Shown here: positions 1-9,963 of the stretch, piece by piece
Numbering within the stretch: position 1 is the stretch's first letter
Layout: every line of letters starts with the position of its first letter
NCBI GenBank assembly: GCA_030017955.1
Contig: JASEGR010000003.1
Coordinates: forward strand, 6,508 to 70,507
DNA from: Candidatus Eiseniibacteriota bacterium
Lineage (GTDB): Bacteria > Eisenbacteria > RBG-16-71-46 > JASEGR01
Reading direction: 5' to 3'
Length of the DNA: 64,000 nt
Notes under the pieces: model-generated
Told to the model about the DNA's origin: nothing
Database searches by the model: none
Seen by the model: the letters and a program-made list of their open reading frames with translations, nothing else
Program-made: the position numbers and the translations under genes

Positions 1-1020
1 TTCAAGAGCAAGAGCGCGGTTATCTCAAGGCTCAAGATTCTTTCCGAGCTTGATATCTCGGAGAAGAGGCTCCCCCAGGACGGGAGGATCGGGATCAGAA
101 TCGCGGAAAAGACTGTCGATCTGAGAGTCTCGACGCTGCCGACGGTGCATGGGGAGAAGGTTGTCCTCAGAATCCTGGACAGGTCAACACTTACAGTCGA
201 CCTGGGGAGACTCGGATTTCCTGAGTCCGGACTCCAGAACTTCAGACAGGCGATAAAGAGTCCGTATGGAATGGTGCTCGTCACGGGTCCCACCGGCAGC
301 GGGAAGACAACGACCCTCTATTCCGCGCTGAGTTTCATAAATACTCCGGAGGTCAATATAATGACTGCGGAAGACCCGGTCGAGTTCAGCATGGACGGCA
401 TCAATCAGATTCAGATCAATGAACCGATAGGACTTACGTTCGCCGCCGCACTCAGATCATTCTTGAGGCAGGATCCGAACATAATAATGGTGGGAGAGAT
501 CAGGGACGGAGAGACAGGCTCAATAGCAACGAGGGCGGCACTGACCGGGCATCTGGTTCTGTCCACGCTGCACACAAACGATGCTCCGAGCGCTGTATCT
601 AGGATGATAGACATGGGAATTGAGCCCTTCCTTGTTGCTGCCTCAACCAATCTGATTCTTGCGCAACGGCTCTTGAGAAAGGTGTGCAAATCCTGCAAGG
701 AAGAAATAAAACTCCACCCTGAGACACTGGAGGAATGCGGGATCGAACCGGAAGAAGAGAAGGATTGCCATTTCATGAAAGGAAGAGGATGTTCAGAGTG
801 CGACGGATCCGGATACAGGGGAAGAACAGGCGCTTACGAGGTCCTTCCCGTCTCTCCGGCAGTAAAAGACCTGATCCTTGACAGAGCGCCCACTTCCGAG
901 ATCAAGAAGCAAGCCATAGCCGAAGGGATGAAGACCCTGAGAGTGGACGGCATCGAAAAACTCAAGATGGGAATCACGACGGCCGAAGAAGTTCTGAAGG
1001 AAACAGCACTGGATACTTGA
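1..1020 (+). CDS. pilB: Type IV pilus assembly ATPase PilB/GspE family, 5'-truncated at window edge (C-terminal ~340 aa present)
   Basis: Frame open from nt 1. The translation contains DISEKRLPQDGRI...RVSTLPTVHGEKVVLRIL, Walker A GPTGSGKTTT, and a C-terminal tetracysteine CxxC...CxxC. It lies immediately upstream of pilT and pilC. Confidence 0.85.
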   Translation, partial: FKSKSAVISRLKILSELDISEKRLPQDGRIGIRIAEKTVDLRVSTLPTVHGEKVVLRILDRSTLTVDLGRLGFPESGLQNFRQAIKSPYGMVLVTGPTGSGKTTTLYSALSFINTPEVNIMTAEDPVEFSMDGINQIQINEPIGLTFAAALRSFLRQDPNIIMVGEIRDGETGSIATRAALTGHLVLSTLHTNDAPSAVSRMIDMGIEPFLVAASTNLILAQRLLRKVCKSCKEEIKLHPETLEECGIEPEEEKDCHFMKGRGCSECDGSGYRGRTGAYEVLPVSPAVKDLILDRAPTSEIKKQAIAEGMKTLRVDGIEKLKMGITTAEEVLKETALDT

Positions 1021-1042
1021 GAAGACGGCCTAAGGAGCGATC

Positions 1043-2128
1043 ATGCCATCTATCAAAGAGTTGCTTGAGGAGATGACTGAGAGAAATGCTTCAGACCTCT
1101 ACATAGGTCCTGGAGTATCGCCGGTGCTCAGGATTGACGGTGAGCTTGTTGGAATGAAAGAGGAGCCCCTTACCGCAGAGGCAGCAAAGAGTCTGTGCTA
1201 TTCGATGCTTTCGGAAGACCAGATAGCGAAGTTTGAGAACGAGAAGGAGCTTGATCTGTCCTTCGGTATGCCGGGGTTGAGCCGTTTCAGAGCGAACGTG
1301 TTCTTCCAGAGAGGTGTCGTCTCATCCTCGATAAGGCAAATACCGTTCACCATTCCGTCGCCAGAAGAGCTTGGCCTCCCGAGACTGGTGGCAAACATGA
1401 TTTCAAAATCTAAGGGTCTAATTCTTGTCACGGGTCCGACTGGATGCGGGAAATCGACCACGCTGGCATCTATGGTGAAGGTCATAAACGAACAGAGAGC
1501 CGTCCATATCATAACAATTGAAGACCCCATAGAATATGTGCACGGTCACAAGAAGAGCATAGTTGACCAGAGGGAAGTCGGCTCGGACACAAAGTCGTTC
1601 GCAAAAGCCCTCAAGTACGTTCTCAGACAGGACCCCGACGTTATCCTGGTAGGGGAGATGCGTGATCTTGAAACGATTGCAGCTGCTCTCACGATTGCTG
1701 AAACAGGGCACCTTGTCCTTGCTACCCTGCACACAAATTCGGCCTCAGAGTCAGTGAACAGGATAGTTGATGTCTTCCCCGCGGAACAGCAGCACCAAAT
1801 ACTCTCCCAAATTGCATTTGTTATTGAGGGAGTAATAACGCAGCAGCTGATCCCCAGAATGGGTAGACCAGGAAGAGTACTGGCTGCTGAGATTCTCATT
1901 GCTACTCCTGCGGTCAGAAGCGTTATTCGCGAAGGCAAGATACACCAGCTTTATAGCCTCATCCAAACGGGACAGAAGCATGGAATGCAGACAATGAACC
2001 ACTCCCTCTGCCATGCCGTTGTTTCGCGGTTGATTTCCCAAGACGATGCAATGGGCCACTCCCCGGACCCAAAGGAATTGCTGGACCTCCTGACGAGGAG
2101 AAAAGAAGAGGTCTCGATCGGAGCATAG
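1043..2128 (+). CDS. pilT: Twitching motility (pilus retraction) ATPase PilT
   Basis: 361 aa with Walker A GPTGCGKSTT and the PilT-type motifs IITIEDPIEY, LRQDPDVILVGEMRD and ATLHTNSA. An RBS lies upstream. Confidence 0.9.
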   Translation: MPSIKELLEEMTERNASDLYIGPGVSPVLRIDGELVGMKEEPLTAEAAKSLCYSMLSEDQIAKFENEKELDLSFGMPGLSRFRANVFFQRGVVSSSIRQIPFTIPSPEELGLPRLVANMISKSKGLILVTGPTGCGKSTTLASMVKVINEQRAVHIITIEDPIEYVHGHKKSIVDQREVGSDTKSFAKALKYVLRQDPDVILVGEMRDLETIAAALTIAETGHLVLATLHTNSASESVNRIVDVFPAEQQHQILSQIAFVIEGVITQQLIPRMGRPGRVLAAEILIATPAVRSVIREGKIHQLYSLIQTGQKHGMQTMNHSLCHAVVSRLISQDDAMGHSPDPKELLDLLTRRKEEVSIGA

Positions 2129-2149
2129 AGCGCGGAGGATAATCCTCAG

Positions 2150-3361
2150 GTGCCGACGACATTTGTTTGGAAAGGAAAAACATTTTCCGGCCAGCAGGCA
2201 AAGGGAGAACTCACATTTGAGACGAAAGCGGAGCTCACGGGTTACCTGAGAAGAAAGAAGATAGTTGCCACTTCGGTGACCGAGAAAAAGGGAGAAAGAA
2301 GATGGCGTTTGAGGCGAAGGAAAGGCGTCACGACAAAGGACCTCGCCGTTTTCACCCGGCAGTTGGCGACGATGATTAACTCCGGTCTTCCCATATCGCA
2401 ATGCCTCGACATCCTGTCGAAACAGAGCGATAAGGGACCGTTCAGGGAGATGACCAGACAGGTTCTTCATGACGTTGAAGCCGGGTCATCGCTGGCCGAG
2501 GCGATGGGAAAGCACAAAACCTTCTTCGATGATTTGTACATAAATCTCGTAGAGGTTGGAGAGGCGAGTGGAGCGCTTGATCAGATGTTCACAAGGCTTT
2601 CAGGATATCTTGAGAAATCAGCGGCGCTCAAGAGAAAAGTAAAAAGTGCAATGACTTATCCTGTCATGGTGACAGCGGTAGCCCTGGGAGCGAGCTGCTT
2701 CATGTTGGTTTTCATAGTGCCTACTTTTTCCAGGATATTCATTGAGTTCGGAGGTCAGCTTCCGCTTCCCACCAGGATTGTCATCGGCTTGTCCAACTTC
2801 CTGCAAAAATTCTGGTGGGCTCTTGGAGTCTTTGTCTTTCTTCTTGCCGTCGGCTTCAAGCAGGCAAAGAAGTCAAAAGGAGCAAGAGAGTTTATTGACA
2901 GACTCAAACTCAAAGTTCCGGTCTTCGGTGATGTCTTGAGAAAGGCTTCGGTTGCGAGATTCACAAGAACTCTGGGGACTCTCGTCACGAGCGGCGTACC
3001 GATTCTGAAGGGACTTGAGATTACAGCCAAGGTGGCAGGCAACAAGGTCATAGAGAATGCAGTCCTTGCTACCAGAGCGAGCGTCAAGGAAGGCGAGACG
3101 ATATCAAGCCCGCTTGCGGAGTCCGGAGCGTTTCCGCCAATGGTGGTCAAGATGATAAACGTCGGAGAAGAAACCGGCGCGCTCGACGCCATGCTCAACA
3201 AGGTCGCTGATTTCTACGAAGATGAAGTCTGGGCCGCCGTTGAAGGGCTTACGGCAGTGATCGAGCCGGCAATGATCGTTGTCATGGGCCTTCTGGTTGG
3301 AGGAATGCTTGTTTCGATGTATTTGCCTATGTTCAAACTTGTAACGGTGATTTCGGGATGA
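2150..3361 (+). CDS. pilC: Type IV pilus inner-membrane platform protein PilC (GspF family)
   Basis: 403 aa with a duplicated GspF-type domain (motifs like RQLATMINSGLPI... and ...TRTLGTLVTSGVPIL) and transmembrane segments. It follows pilT. Confidence 0.85.
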   Translation: MPTTFVWKGKTFSGQQAKGELTFETKAELTGYLRRKKIVATSVTEKKGERRWRLRRRKGVTTKDLAVFTRQLATMINSGLPISQCLDILSKQSDKGPFREMTRQVLHDVEAGSSLAEAMGKHKTFFDDLYINLVEVGEASGALDQMFTRLSGYLEKSAALKRKVKSAMTYPVMVTAVALGASCFMLVFIVPTFSRIFIEFGGQLPLPTRIVIGLSNFLQKFWWALGVFVFLLAVGFKQAKKSKGAREFIDRLKLKVPVFGDVLRKASVARFTRTLGTLVTSGVPILKGLEITAKVAGNKVIENAVLATRASVKEGETISSPLAESGAFPPMVVKMINVGEETGALDAMLNKVADFYEDEVWAAVEGLTAVIEPAMIVVMGLLVGGMLVSMYLPMFKLVTVISG

Positions 3362-4689
3362 AAAAGCAAGTCACACACGAGAAGGTGCCTTTGGCTGCAG
3401 CCGGCGGAGCCGCTCTAGTAAGTCTCTTGACTATGGGCGGTTCCATGCTGGTCGTCATTCCTCTTACTCTGTCACTGGTCCTGGCAGTCACGAGTCTTTG
3501 TCTTGCGAGGAAGAAAAGGGAACTGAGCGAGAGGACCGATGATCTTGAAGATCTCAAAGTCAATACCGAATGTATGATTGAGAGCCTATCTTCAGGTCTT
3601 ATCACAATTGACGCCGATGGACGAATTCTATCTTTCAACAGGGCAGGGAGAAAAATACTGGGGATTGGCGAGAGGGAAGTGTGCGGGATGTTCCTGAGAG
3701 AAGTCTTCACTGAATCACAAACAGGTTTCGTTGAAAGACTCTTTGAAACCTACATCAGAGGTGAGGGCAAACAACGGTTCGAGATGTCCTTTGCCAAAAC
3801 CGACGGGGAAAGCATGCCTCTTGGCGTGAACACCTCGGTTCTCCGCGACGGAGCGGGGTCCAAGATGGGTGTGATTGCGGTGTTCCAGGATCTTACGCAG
3901 GTAAAGAAGACTGAGGAGATTTCCAGGAGAAAGGACCGTCTGGCAGCGATCGGGGAGCTCTCTGCAGTGATTGCCCACGAGATAAGAAACAGTCTGGGCC
4001 CTATTTCAGGTTCGGTGGACCTCTTGATGCAGGAGTCAAATCAGCCCGAAACTGAAAGGAGGCTTCTGTCGATAGTTTCTGTTGAGTCAAGAAGACTGCA
4101 GAGATTCGTTTCTGAACTCCTCGAGTACGCTGAAGACAGACCGATTCATTCTGAAGAGGTCGACGTTGAGAGTCTTCTTGGGGAAGTGGTGGCAATCTCC
4201 ATGAGACACCCCAGCTATTGCGACGGAATTTCAGTCAGACTCAGCTGTGAACCGGCAGGTCTGACTGCGGCAATCGACGCTGACCTCTTGAGAAGAACCC
4301 TTCTCAATCTCGGCATAAATGCTTTCGAGGCGATTGGAATGGTAGGGACCTTGACGATCGAGGCCTGCGTTGAGAAGAAAGAGCCTGGGGTTGATGGAGG
4401 GAGCAGAGAGAAGGACGAAGAACTTGTCATAAGATTTTCGGATGACGGACCAGGTATGAGTGAAGGGGAATTGAAACAAGCGTTGGAGCCGTTTTTCTCA
4501 ACGAAGCGCGGAGGTACTGGTCTCGGTCTCTCGATTGTCCAGAAGACGGTCGAGCAGCACGGCGGAACGTTGGCAATACGGAGCACCCGGGGACTTGGCA
4601 CTACGGTGACGCTCAGGATTCCAAGAACAGATGAAGAGTCCCGGGGAGACGCGGTGAGTGTTGGAACAAAAAAAGGAGTGCCGGATTGA
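3358..4689 (+). CDS. PAS-domain sensor histidine kinase (PilS-like)
   Basis: Two N-terminal TM segments and a PAS region. H-box AAIGELSAVIAHEIRNSL. HATPase_c motifs DDGPGM and GGTGLGLSIV. Its 4-nt overlap with the downstream sigma-54 regulator suggests co-translation. Confidence 0.8.
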   Translation: MKKQVTHEKVPLAAAGGAALVSLLTMGGSMLVVIPLTLSLVLAVTSLCLARKKRELSERTDDLEDLKVNTECMIESLSSGLITIDADGRILSFNRAGRKILGIGEREVCGMFLREVFTESQTGFVERLFETYIRGEGKQRFEMSFAKTDGESMPLGVNTSVLRDGAGSKMGVIAVFQDLTQVKKTEEISRRKDRLAAIGELSAVIAHEIRNSLGPISGSVDLLMQESNQPETERRLLSIVSVESRRLQRFVSELLEYAEDRPIHSEEVDVESLLGEVVAISMRHPSYCDGISVRLSCEPAGLTAAIDADLLRRTLLNLGINAFEAIGMVGTLTIEACVEKKEPGVDGGSREKDEELVIRFSDDGPGMSEGELKQALEPFFSTKRGGTGLGLSIVQKTVEQHGGTLAIRSTRGLGTTVTLRIPRTDEESRGDAVSVGTKKGVPD

Positions 4690-6071
4690 ATCGGGCCAAG
4701 ATACTTATCGTTGACGACGAGCCCAGTGCACGCGAGTTTCTCAGCGTTCTCCTTGGCAAGGAAGGACACGAGGTCAAACAATCGAGCTCGGCTGAGGGGG
4801 CACTGGGCAGGCTGAAAGACGATTCGTTTGACCTCATAATCGCGGACTTGAAGATGTCAGGCATGGACGGCATCGACCTCCTTTCCCGCGTGAAGAAGAT
4901 GGATCCTTCAGTGCCGGTCATAATCATGACGGGACATGCCTCTCAGAGATCGGCGATCGATGCACTCAATCTTGGAGCTTTTCAATACCTCGAGAAGGAC
5001 TGGAGAGGCGATGAGATCAAACTTGTCGTGCGGAATGCGCTTCAGATGAGGAGGATACAAAGAGAAAACGTCCTGCTCAAGAAGGAACTTAAGCGCGGCC
5101 ATGAGGAACGGGAAACGATTGGGAAGAGCGATGGAATGCGCGACGTGTTCAAAATGGTGGAGAAGGTGGCCGACACCGATTCGACCATCCTGATTTGCGG
5201 GGAAAGCGGGACAGGAAAGGAGCTGATCGCAAGGGAAATACACTACAGGAGCCAGAGAGCAAACTCTTCCTTTGTCTCAATAAACTGCGGTGCCCTTCCA
5301 AAGGACCTCCTGGAGAGTAATCTCTTCGGACATGTAAAGGGGTCATTTACCGGAGCCGTGAAGGATAATGCGGGCCTTCTTGTCGTTGCCGAAGGCGGGA
5401 CATTCTTCCTGGATGAAGTAGGGGAAACTCTTCCTGCTACACAGGTGAAGCTGCTCAGGGCACTTCAAGAGAGAGAGATAATCCCTGTCGGAGGCTTGAG
5501 TCCGATCAAGATAGACGTTAGATTGATAGCTGCCACGAATGCCGATCTGGAAAAGCAGATCGCCGAAGGACGGTTCAGGGCCGACCTTTACTACAGACTG
5601 AACGTGATTCAGATAAGACTCCCTCCGCTTCGGGAAAGGAGCGATGACATTCCGCTTCTCATCAATCACTTCCTGAAGAAGCTTTGCGGGAAAGGCGAGC
5701 CCAAGACGCTCAGCAAGGAAGCGCACGAGCTTCTTCTGCGTTACCACTGGCCGGGAAACGTCAGGGAGCTTGAGAACGTGATCGAACGTGCAATCATCTT
5801 GAGTGAGGCAGATGAGATTACGCCTCAGGACCTGCCGGATAGATTGAGAGAGAAGAGGGACTCAATGCCGGGGCTCTTGATCGGCCCGCCGACAATGACA
5901 TTGGAGGAACTTGAGAAGCAATACATCATGAAGGTGCTTGAGTGCACGAAGAACCGGAAGAAACGTGCCTCCGAGATACTTGGAATAAACCCGTCAACGC
6001 TGTACAGGAAGCTGGTGAGCTACGGACTTATCAGCGAATCAAAGGAGAAGGTCCTGGTTGAGCAATGGTGA
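4686..6071 (+). CDS. pilR: Sigma-54-dependent two-component response regulator (NtrC/PilR family)
   Basis: REC domain (ILIVDDE...DLKMSGMDG), AAA+ sigma-54 activation domain (GESGTGKE, GAFTGA-like GSFTGA, ESNLFGH) and a C-terminal HTH. It sits directly upstream of the pilin gene, which has a sigma-54 promoter. Confidence 0.85.
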   Translation: MNRAKILIVDDEPSAREFLSVLLGKEGHEVKQSSSAEGALGRLKDDSFDLIIADLKMSGMDGIDLLSRVKKMDPSVPVIIMTGHASQRSAIDALNLGAFQYLEKDWRGDEIKLVVRNALQMRRIQRENVLLKKELKRGHEERETIGKSDGMRDVFKMVEKVADTDSTILICGESGTGKELIAREIHYRSQRANSSFVSINCGALPKDLLESNLFGHVKGSFTGAVKDNAGLLVVAEGGTFFLDEVGETLPATQVKLLRALQEREIIPVGGLSPIKIDVRLIAATNADLEKQIAEGRFRADLYYRLNVIQIRLPPLRERSDDIPLLINHFLKKLCGKGEPKTLSKEAHELLLRYHWPGNVRELENVIERAIILSEADEITPQDLPDRLREKRDSMPGLLIGPPTMTLEELEKQYIMKVLECTKNRKKRASEILGINPSTLYRKLVSYGLISESKEKVLVEQW

Positions 6072-6179
6072 TTGCAAAGTTCACTCTCTTTTTGCGAAAT
6101 GCAACCCGGAAGAGCAGCGGCAGAAAGCATCGTCCAGCCCTTCTTTGCCCTGCACACAGACTTATGAAACGCGAAACCA

Positions 6180-6194
6180 GGGCACAAAAGTTGC
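6180..6194 (+). promoter_or_regulatory. Sigma-54 (-24/-12) promoter GGGCAC-N5-TTGC upstream of pilA
   Basis: The sequence gGGCACaaaagTTGCc matches the TGGCAC-N5-TTGC consensus at GG(-24)/GC(-12). It lies ~75 nt upstream of the pilin ATG and downstream of a PilR-like activator gene. Confidence 0.55.
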
Positions 6195-6269
6195 CTAATG
6201 TAACATGCGAACCGTACCGATAGTAACGAACAGGTGGGAAATACGCCATGTAGAAAGGGGGTGCTTAAG

Positions 6270-6689
6270 ATGCTCAAGAACAGAAAGGGTTTCTCGCTTA
6301 TCGAGCTAATGATTGTGGTGGTAATCATAGGAATACTTGTTGCCATCGCAGTTCCAAACTTTATCTCGATGCAGAACAGGGCAAAAGAGGGAAGCGTTAA
6401 GGCAAACATGCACACTTTCCAGCTCGCCATGGAAGACTACGCCGTCCAGAACGACGGAACGTATGCGGTTGCAGCCGACAAGGATGACGTGGAGGCACTT
6501 TTCCCGGGCGGAGCGTGGCCTAAGAACCCGTTCACAGGCTCGGCGTACGCAGACGCAGACGTAGGGTTTGGAGCGGATCCTGACGCTGCCGGTGAGATGG
6601 CTGCCAACCCGGCAACGGCAAGTGGCTACACAATAAAGGGCTATGGGAAGAGCGCTATCCTGGCGCTGACTCTGACAAACGGCTCGTAA
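6270..6689 (+). CDS. pilA: Type IVa major pilin (prepilin with N-methylation/cleavage motif)
   Basis: The ATG at 6270 gives MLKNRKGFSLIELMIVVVIIGILVAIAVPNF, the class III signal with G|FSLIE (Glu at +5). The larger ORF-track start at 6234 is probably too early. Confidence 0.85.
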   Translation: MLKNRKGFSLIELMIVVVIIGILVAIAVPNFISMQNRAKEGSVKANMHTFQLAMEDYAVQNDGTYAVAADKDDVEALFPGGAWPKNPFTGSAYADADVGFGADPDAAGEMAANPATASGYTIKGYGKSAILALTLTNGS

Positions 6690-7720
6690 TGCGTGAAATT
6701 GCCCTGGTCAAAGAGAGAGGCGGTAGAACCCTGCTGCCTCTCTCTTCTTTTCCCGGTCTTCAACGGCCGGCGGGAGAGTCCGAGCCGCAGGTCCGCGCTG
6801 AAGCTGCAGTCAAAGTTGAGGGAATCGGCAAGTGCTTCAAATCGCCATTCCTCAGGACCAGGAAGTGGGCCGTGCGTTCGGTCTCGCTTGAGGTAAGGAG
6901 CGGGGAGATTTTTGGCCTCCTTGGGCCAAACGGTGCGGGGAAAACGACGACTTTGAAACTTCTGAGCGGTCTCATATTACCGACCGAAGGGACCGGCTCG
7001 ATACTAGGAAAGCCAATCGGAGATCCGGAGGCAAGGCGTGAGCTGGGATTCCTTCCAGAGAATCCGTCCTTCTACGAGAGGATTACGGTGGACGCCGTTC
7101 TCAAGTTCGCTGCTCGGTTGGCAGGAGTCTCAAAAAAAGGCACAAACGCGAGAGTGAGGCAGCTCATTTCTCTCCTGCGGCTCGACGAATGGGCTCGGAC
7201 TGAAGCGAGGAAACTCTCCAAAGGCACTCTCCAAAAGTTGGGCATCGCGCAAGCTATCGTAGGCAGTCCGAAGCTTCTTATTCTCGATGAGCCGATGAGT
7301 TCACTCGATCCAATTGGAAGAAGAGAGGTGAGAGAGCTTCTCCTCTCAATGAAGGAAAGCGGGGTCACAATTCTATTCTCAACGCACATCCTTCCTGACG
7401 TAGAGGCCTTGTGCGACAGGGTCGGAATAATGAAGGAGGGAAGAATAAGCCGGATCCTCAACTTGAACGAGACCGCAAGGAACTCGGAATCCTACGAGAT
7501 TCTGATTAGACATCCCAGACACGTAGTCGTTGAGAAACTCTCAAAGATATCGGAGGAAACGAGGCCGTCAAGAGAGGGTATCGCAGCGGTTCTCGACAGC
7601 AACCAGGCCCTGAAGAGAGCACTGATGATTGTTCTCGAAGAGGATGCTGAGCTCCTCGCCGTATCAAGGAAAGGCGAGAAACTGGAGGAATCTTTCATCA
7701 GGGAGGTGACAGAAGTTTGA
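6689..7720 (+). CDS. ABC transporter ATP-binding protein (pil-locus associated, PilH-like)
   Basis: Walker A GPNGAGKTT, signature LSKGTLQKLGIA and Walker B LLILDEP. Positioned between pilA and pilD, as in Myxococcus pilGHI. Confidence 0.8.
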   Translation: MREIALVKERGGRTLLPLSSFPGLQRPAGESEPQVRAEAAVKVEGIGKCFKSPFLRTRKWAVRSVSLEVRSGEIFGLLGPNGAGKTTTLKLLSGLILPTEGTGSILGKPIGDPEARRELGFLPENPSFYERITVDAVLKFAARLAGVSKKGTNARVRQLISLLRLDEWARTEARKLSKGTLQKLGIAQAIVGSPKLLILDEPMSSLDPIGRREVRELLLSMKESGVTILFSTHILPDVEALCDRVGIMKEGRISRILNLNETARNSESYEILIRHPRHVVVEKLSKISEETRPSREGIAAVLDSNQALKRALMIVLEEDAELLAVSRKGEKLEESFIREVTEV

Positions 7721-8481
7721 GGATTTCCGCAATTGTGCTGAACACGTTCAGAGAGGCCATAAGGGAAAAAGCCCTGTATCTCGTTGTTGCGTTCGGAATT
7801 CTCCTCATCATCAGCGGGCGGCTGGTGACACCGCTCGCCCTCGGCGAGGAAGCGAAGATAATGACAGACCTGGGGCTATCGGCTCTCTCTCTTTTTTCAC
7901 TTCTTATAGTTGTTCTTGTCGGGACTTCCCTCCTGAGAAAAGAGATGGAACGCCATACCGCTTATTCCGTCCTCTCCAAGCCCGTGAGGAGGGAGGAGTT
8001 CATTCTGGGGAAATACCTTGGGCTTCTGCTCACGGTCACGCTCGCCATTTTTCTCATGTCTCTTATTCTCATTCTCACTTTGAGAATGACCACCGGAAAA
8101 TGGGAGCCAGTGATGCTTCTTGGCGCATTTTTTGCGTTTCTCGAAGCGGTTGTTCTGACCGGCGCGGCAGTTTTCTTCTCCACTTTCGCCGGCTCCGTGA
8201 CCAGTTCGCTCTTCATCCTCTCGATTTACGTTCTTGGAGAGACAAGCGGAAGCCTGAAATACTGGGTCGACAGGGGCGGCTCACAACTGGGAAAAGGGGC
8301 AGTCTCACTTGCGTATTACATGCTTCCCAATCTCACAGCGCTGAATGTGAGAGGGGAGCTGGTTCACGGTGTTCCAGTCACCGCGGAGAGAATTATCTTC
8401 TGCTTCAGCTATTCACTGCTTTATGCATTCGCAACTCTTGCCATTGCCGTGCTGGTTTTCCGAAGGAGAGATCTGGCTTGA
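7717..8481 (+). CDS. ABC-2 type transporter permease (PilI-like)
   Basis: 254 aa with 6 predicted TM helices. Its 4-nt overlap with the upstream ABC ATPase suggests co-translation. Confidence 0.7.
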   Translation: MRISAIVLNTFREAIREKALYLVVAFGILLIISGRLVTPLALGEEAKIMTDLGLSALSLFSLLIVVLVGTSLLRKEMERHTAYSVLSKPVRREEFILGKYLGLLLTVTLAIFLMSLILILTLRMTTGKWEPVMLLGAFFAFLEAVVLTGAAVFFSTFAGSVTSSLFILSIYVLGETSGSLKYWVDRGGSQLGKGAVSLAYYMLPNLTALNVRGELVHGVPVTAERIIFCFSYSLLYAFATLAIAVLVFRRRDLA

Positions 8482-8505
8482 AAATAAAGTGAGGATTGCA
8501 TCCAA

Positions 8506-9177
8506 ATGCCTGCTGCCGGAAAAATCTCAACGACTCTGATTCTGCTCTCTGCTCTCGTATCATTTGCGATCGCCTGCTCGCTTGCCGACAGGATCGAGCG
8601 CGGGCGGGAGGATTTTTTGAAGGGAGAGCTCATGTACTTCCCGTCAGGGCTCTTTATCAAGGAATTTTCGCTGGGTCATGCTCCCCTGATGGCAGATCTC
8701 ATTTGGCTCCGGGGGATTCAGTACTACGGCGAGCACAAACTCACCGATAGGAATTTCAAATACTTGTCACACATTTTCAACACGCTTACAACGCTGGATC
8801 CACAGTTCTCTGCAGGGTACATATTCGGCTCGCTGATTATCTCGCAGGAGGCCGGGGAGACCGCTTCTGCCATACACCTCCTTGAGAAGGGAGTAAGAGA
8901 AAACCCTGGCAATTGGGAACTTCTTTTCGAGACCGGATTCACTTACTACGTTTTTCTCTCCGATTATAGAAAGTCTGCCCAGTACTTTCGGCTTGCCGCA
9001 CAGATCCCGAACTGCCCCGAGTACGTAACTCGATTTGCCGCCTACAGTTCGTCCAAGTCGGGCGATGTCGATTTTGCAATCAAACTCTGGGCTGAATTGA
9101 TGAGAAATACAAAGAATCAACAAATGAGGGAAATTGCCGAAAGAAATATTAGGAAGCTTACTCTAAGAAGGAGTTAG
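8506..9177 (+). CDS. Tetratricopeptide-repeat protein with N-terminal signal/anchor
   Basis: 223 aa with a hydrophobic N-terminus and TPR-like helical repeats. Positioned between the ABC-2 permease gene and pilD, 25 nt downstream of the permease stop. Confidence 0.55.
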   Translation: MPAAGKISTTLILLSALVSFAIACSLADRIERGREDFLKGELMYFPSGLFIKEFSLGHAPLMADLIWLRGIQYYGEHKLTDRNFKYLSHIFNTLTTLDPQFSAGYIFGSLIISQEAGETASAIHLLEKGVRENPGNWELLFETGFTYYVFLSDYRKSAQYFRLAAQIPNCPEYVTRFAAYSSSKSGDVDFAIKLWAELMRNTKNQQMREIAERNIRKLTLRRS

Positions 9178-9959
9178 TGTTGGAAAGGTTTATCCACATG
9201 TCCTGTCTTTTTGTCCTTGGCGCGGTGATGGGAAGTTTCCTGAATGTCTGCATCCACAGAATCCCGAGAGGGATGTCCATCGTCACGCCACGGTCGCACT
9301 GCCCAAAGTGTCTGGCAAAGATACGGGCAGTCGATAACATTCCAGTCCTGAGCTACATCATCCTTCGCGGCAGATGCCGCGTCTGTCACGAAAGGATCAG
9401 CCTGCGCTATATCGCAGTTGAACTCCTTCTCGGCGTTCTTTTTGTCCTTGGCGGGATCGTCTTTGAGCCGGGCTGGAGACTCTTTTTTCTACTTGCGTTC
9501 ATTTCGCTCGTTCTGAGCTCGATCATGACCGATCTCGAACTGCGCATAATACCGGACCGATTCAGCCTGACAGGACTCGGCCTGGGTGTGATATTCGCGC
9601 TATTCCTGGATGGAAACTGGGTCAAGGGAATAGGGGGGGCAATCTTCGGCGGAGGAAGCTTGTTCCTTGTGGGCTGGGCTTACAAGAGATTCAGAGGGAT
9701 AGATGGAATGGGCGGAGGCGACATCAAGATGGCAGCGATGATCGGCGCATTCCTGGGAATGGGGGGCGCGTTCTATTCTATTTTCTTCGCCTCCCTTGCC
9801 GGATCACTGTATGGCATTGCCTCAATTGTCTTGAAAAAGGGAACCATGAAAACTGAACTTCCGTTCGGGGTATTTCTCGGAATTAGTTCTGTTGCCGTGC
9901 TCTTCTGTCAGGAATTGCTCCTTATCCGGGCGATTCCCGCTCTGTGGGGATGGGGATAG
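9177..9959 (+). CDS. pilD: Prepilin peptidase / N-methyltransferase PilD (A24 family)
   Basis: GTG start. The N-terminal Cys tetrad is CPKC...CRVC. It has multiple TM helices and the conserved GGGD(I/V)K motif (GMGGGDIKMAAMIG). Confidence 0.85.
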   Translation: MLERFIHMSCLFVLGAVMGSFLNVCIHRIPRGMSIVTPRSHCPKCLAKIRAVDNIPVLSYIILRGRCRVCHERISLRYIAVELLLGVLFVLGGIVFEPGWRLFFLLAFISLVLSSIMTDLELRIIPDRFSLTGLGLGVIFALFLDGNWVKGIGGAIFGGGSLFLVGWAYKRFRGIDGMGGGDIKMAAMIGAFLGMGGAFYSIFFASLAGSLYGIASIVLKKGTMKTELPFGVFLGISSVAVLFCQELLLIRAIPALWGWG

Positions 9960-9963
9960 TCTC

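Noticed and set aside
1751-2470. 239-aa minus-strand ORF overlapping pilT/pilC. Similar long antisense ORFs occur at 26337-26918, 37414-38157, 41397-42284, 44613-45497 and 50263-51201.
   Set aside because: Each lies entirely antisense to a gene with strong family motifs (PilT, Obg, GlmM, SelD, LepA/LepB, GT4/sugar transferase). Their translations are low-complexity and Arg/Ser/Pro-rich, typical of spurious ORFs in GC-rich DNA.
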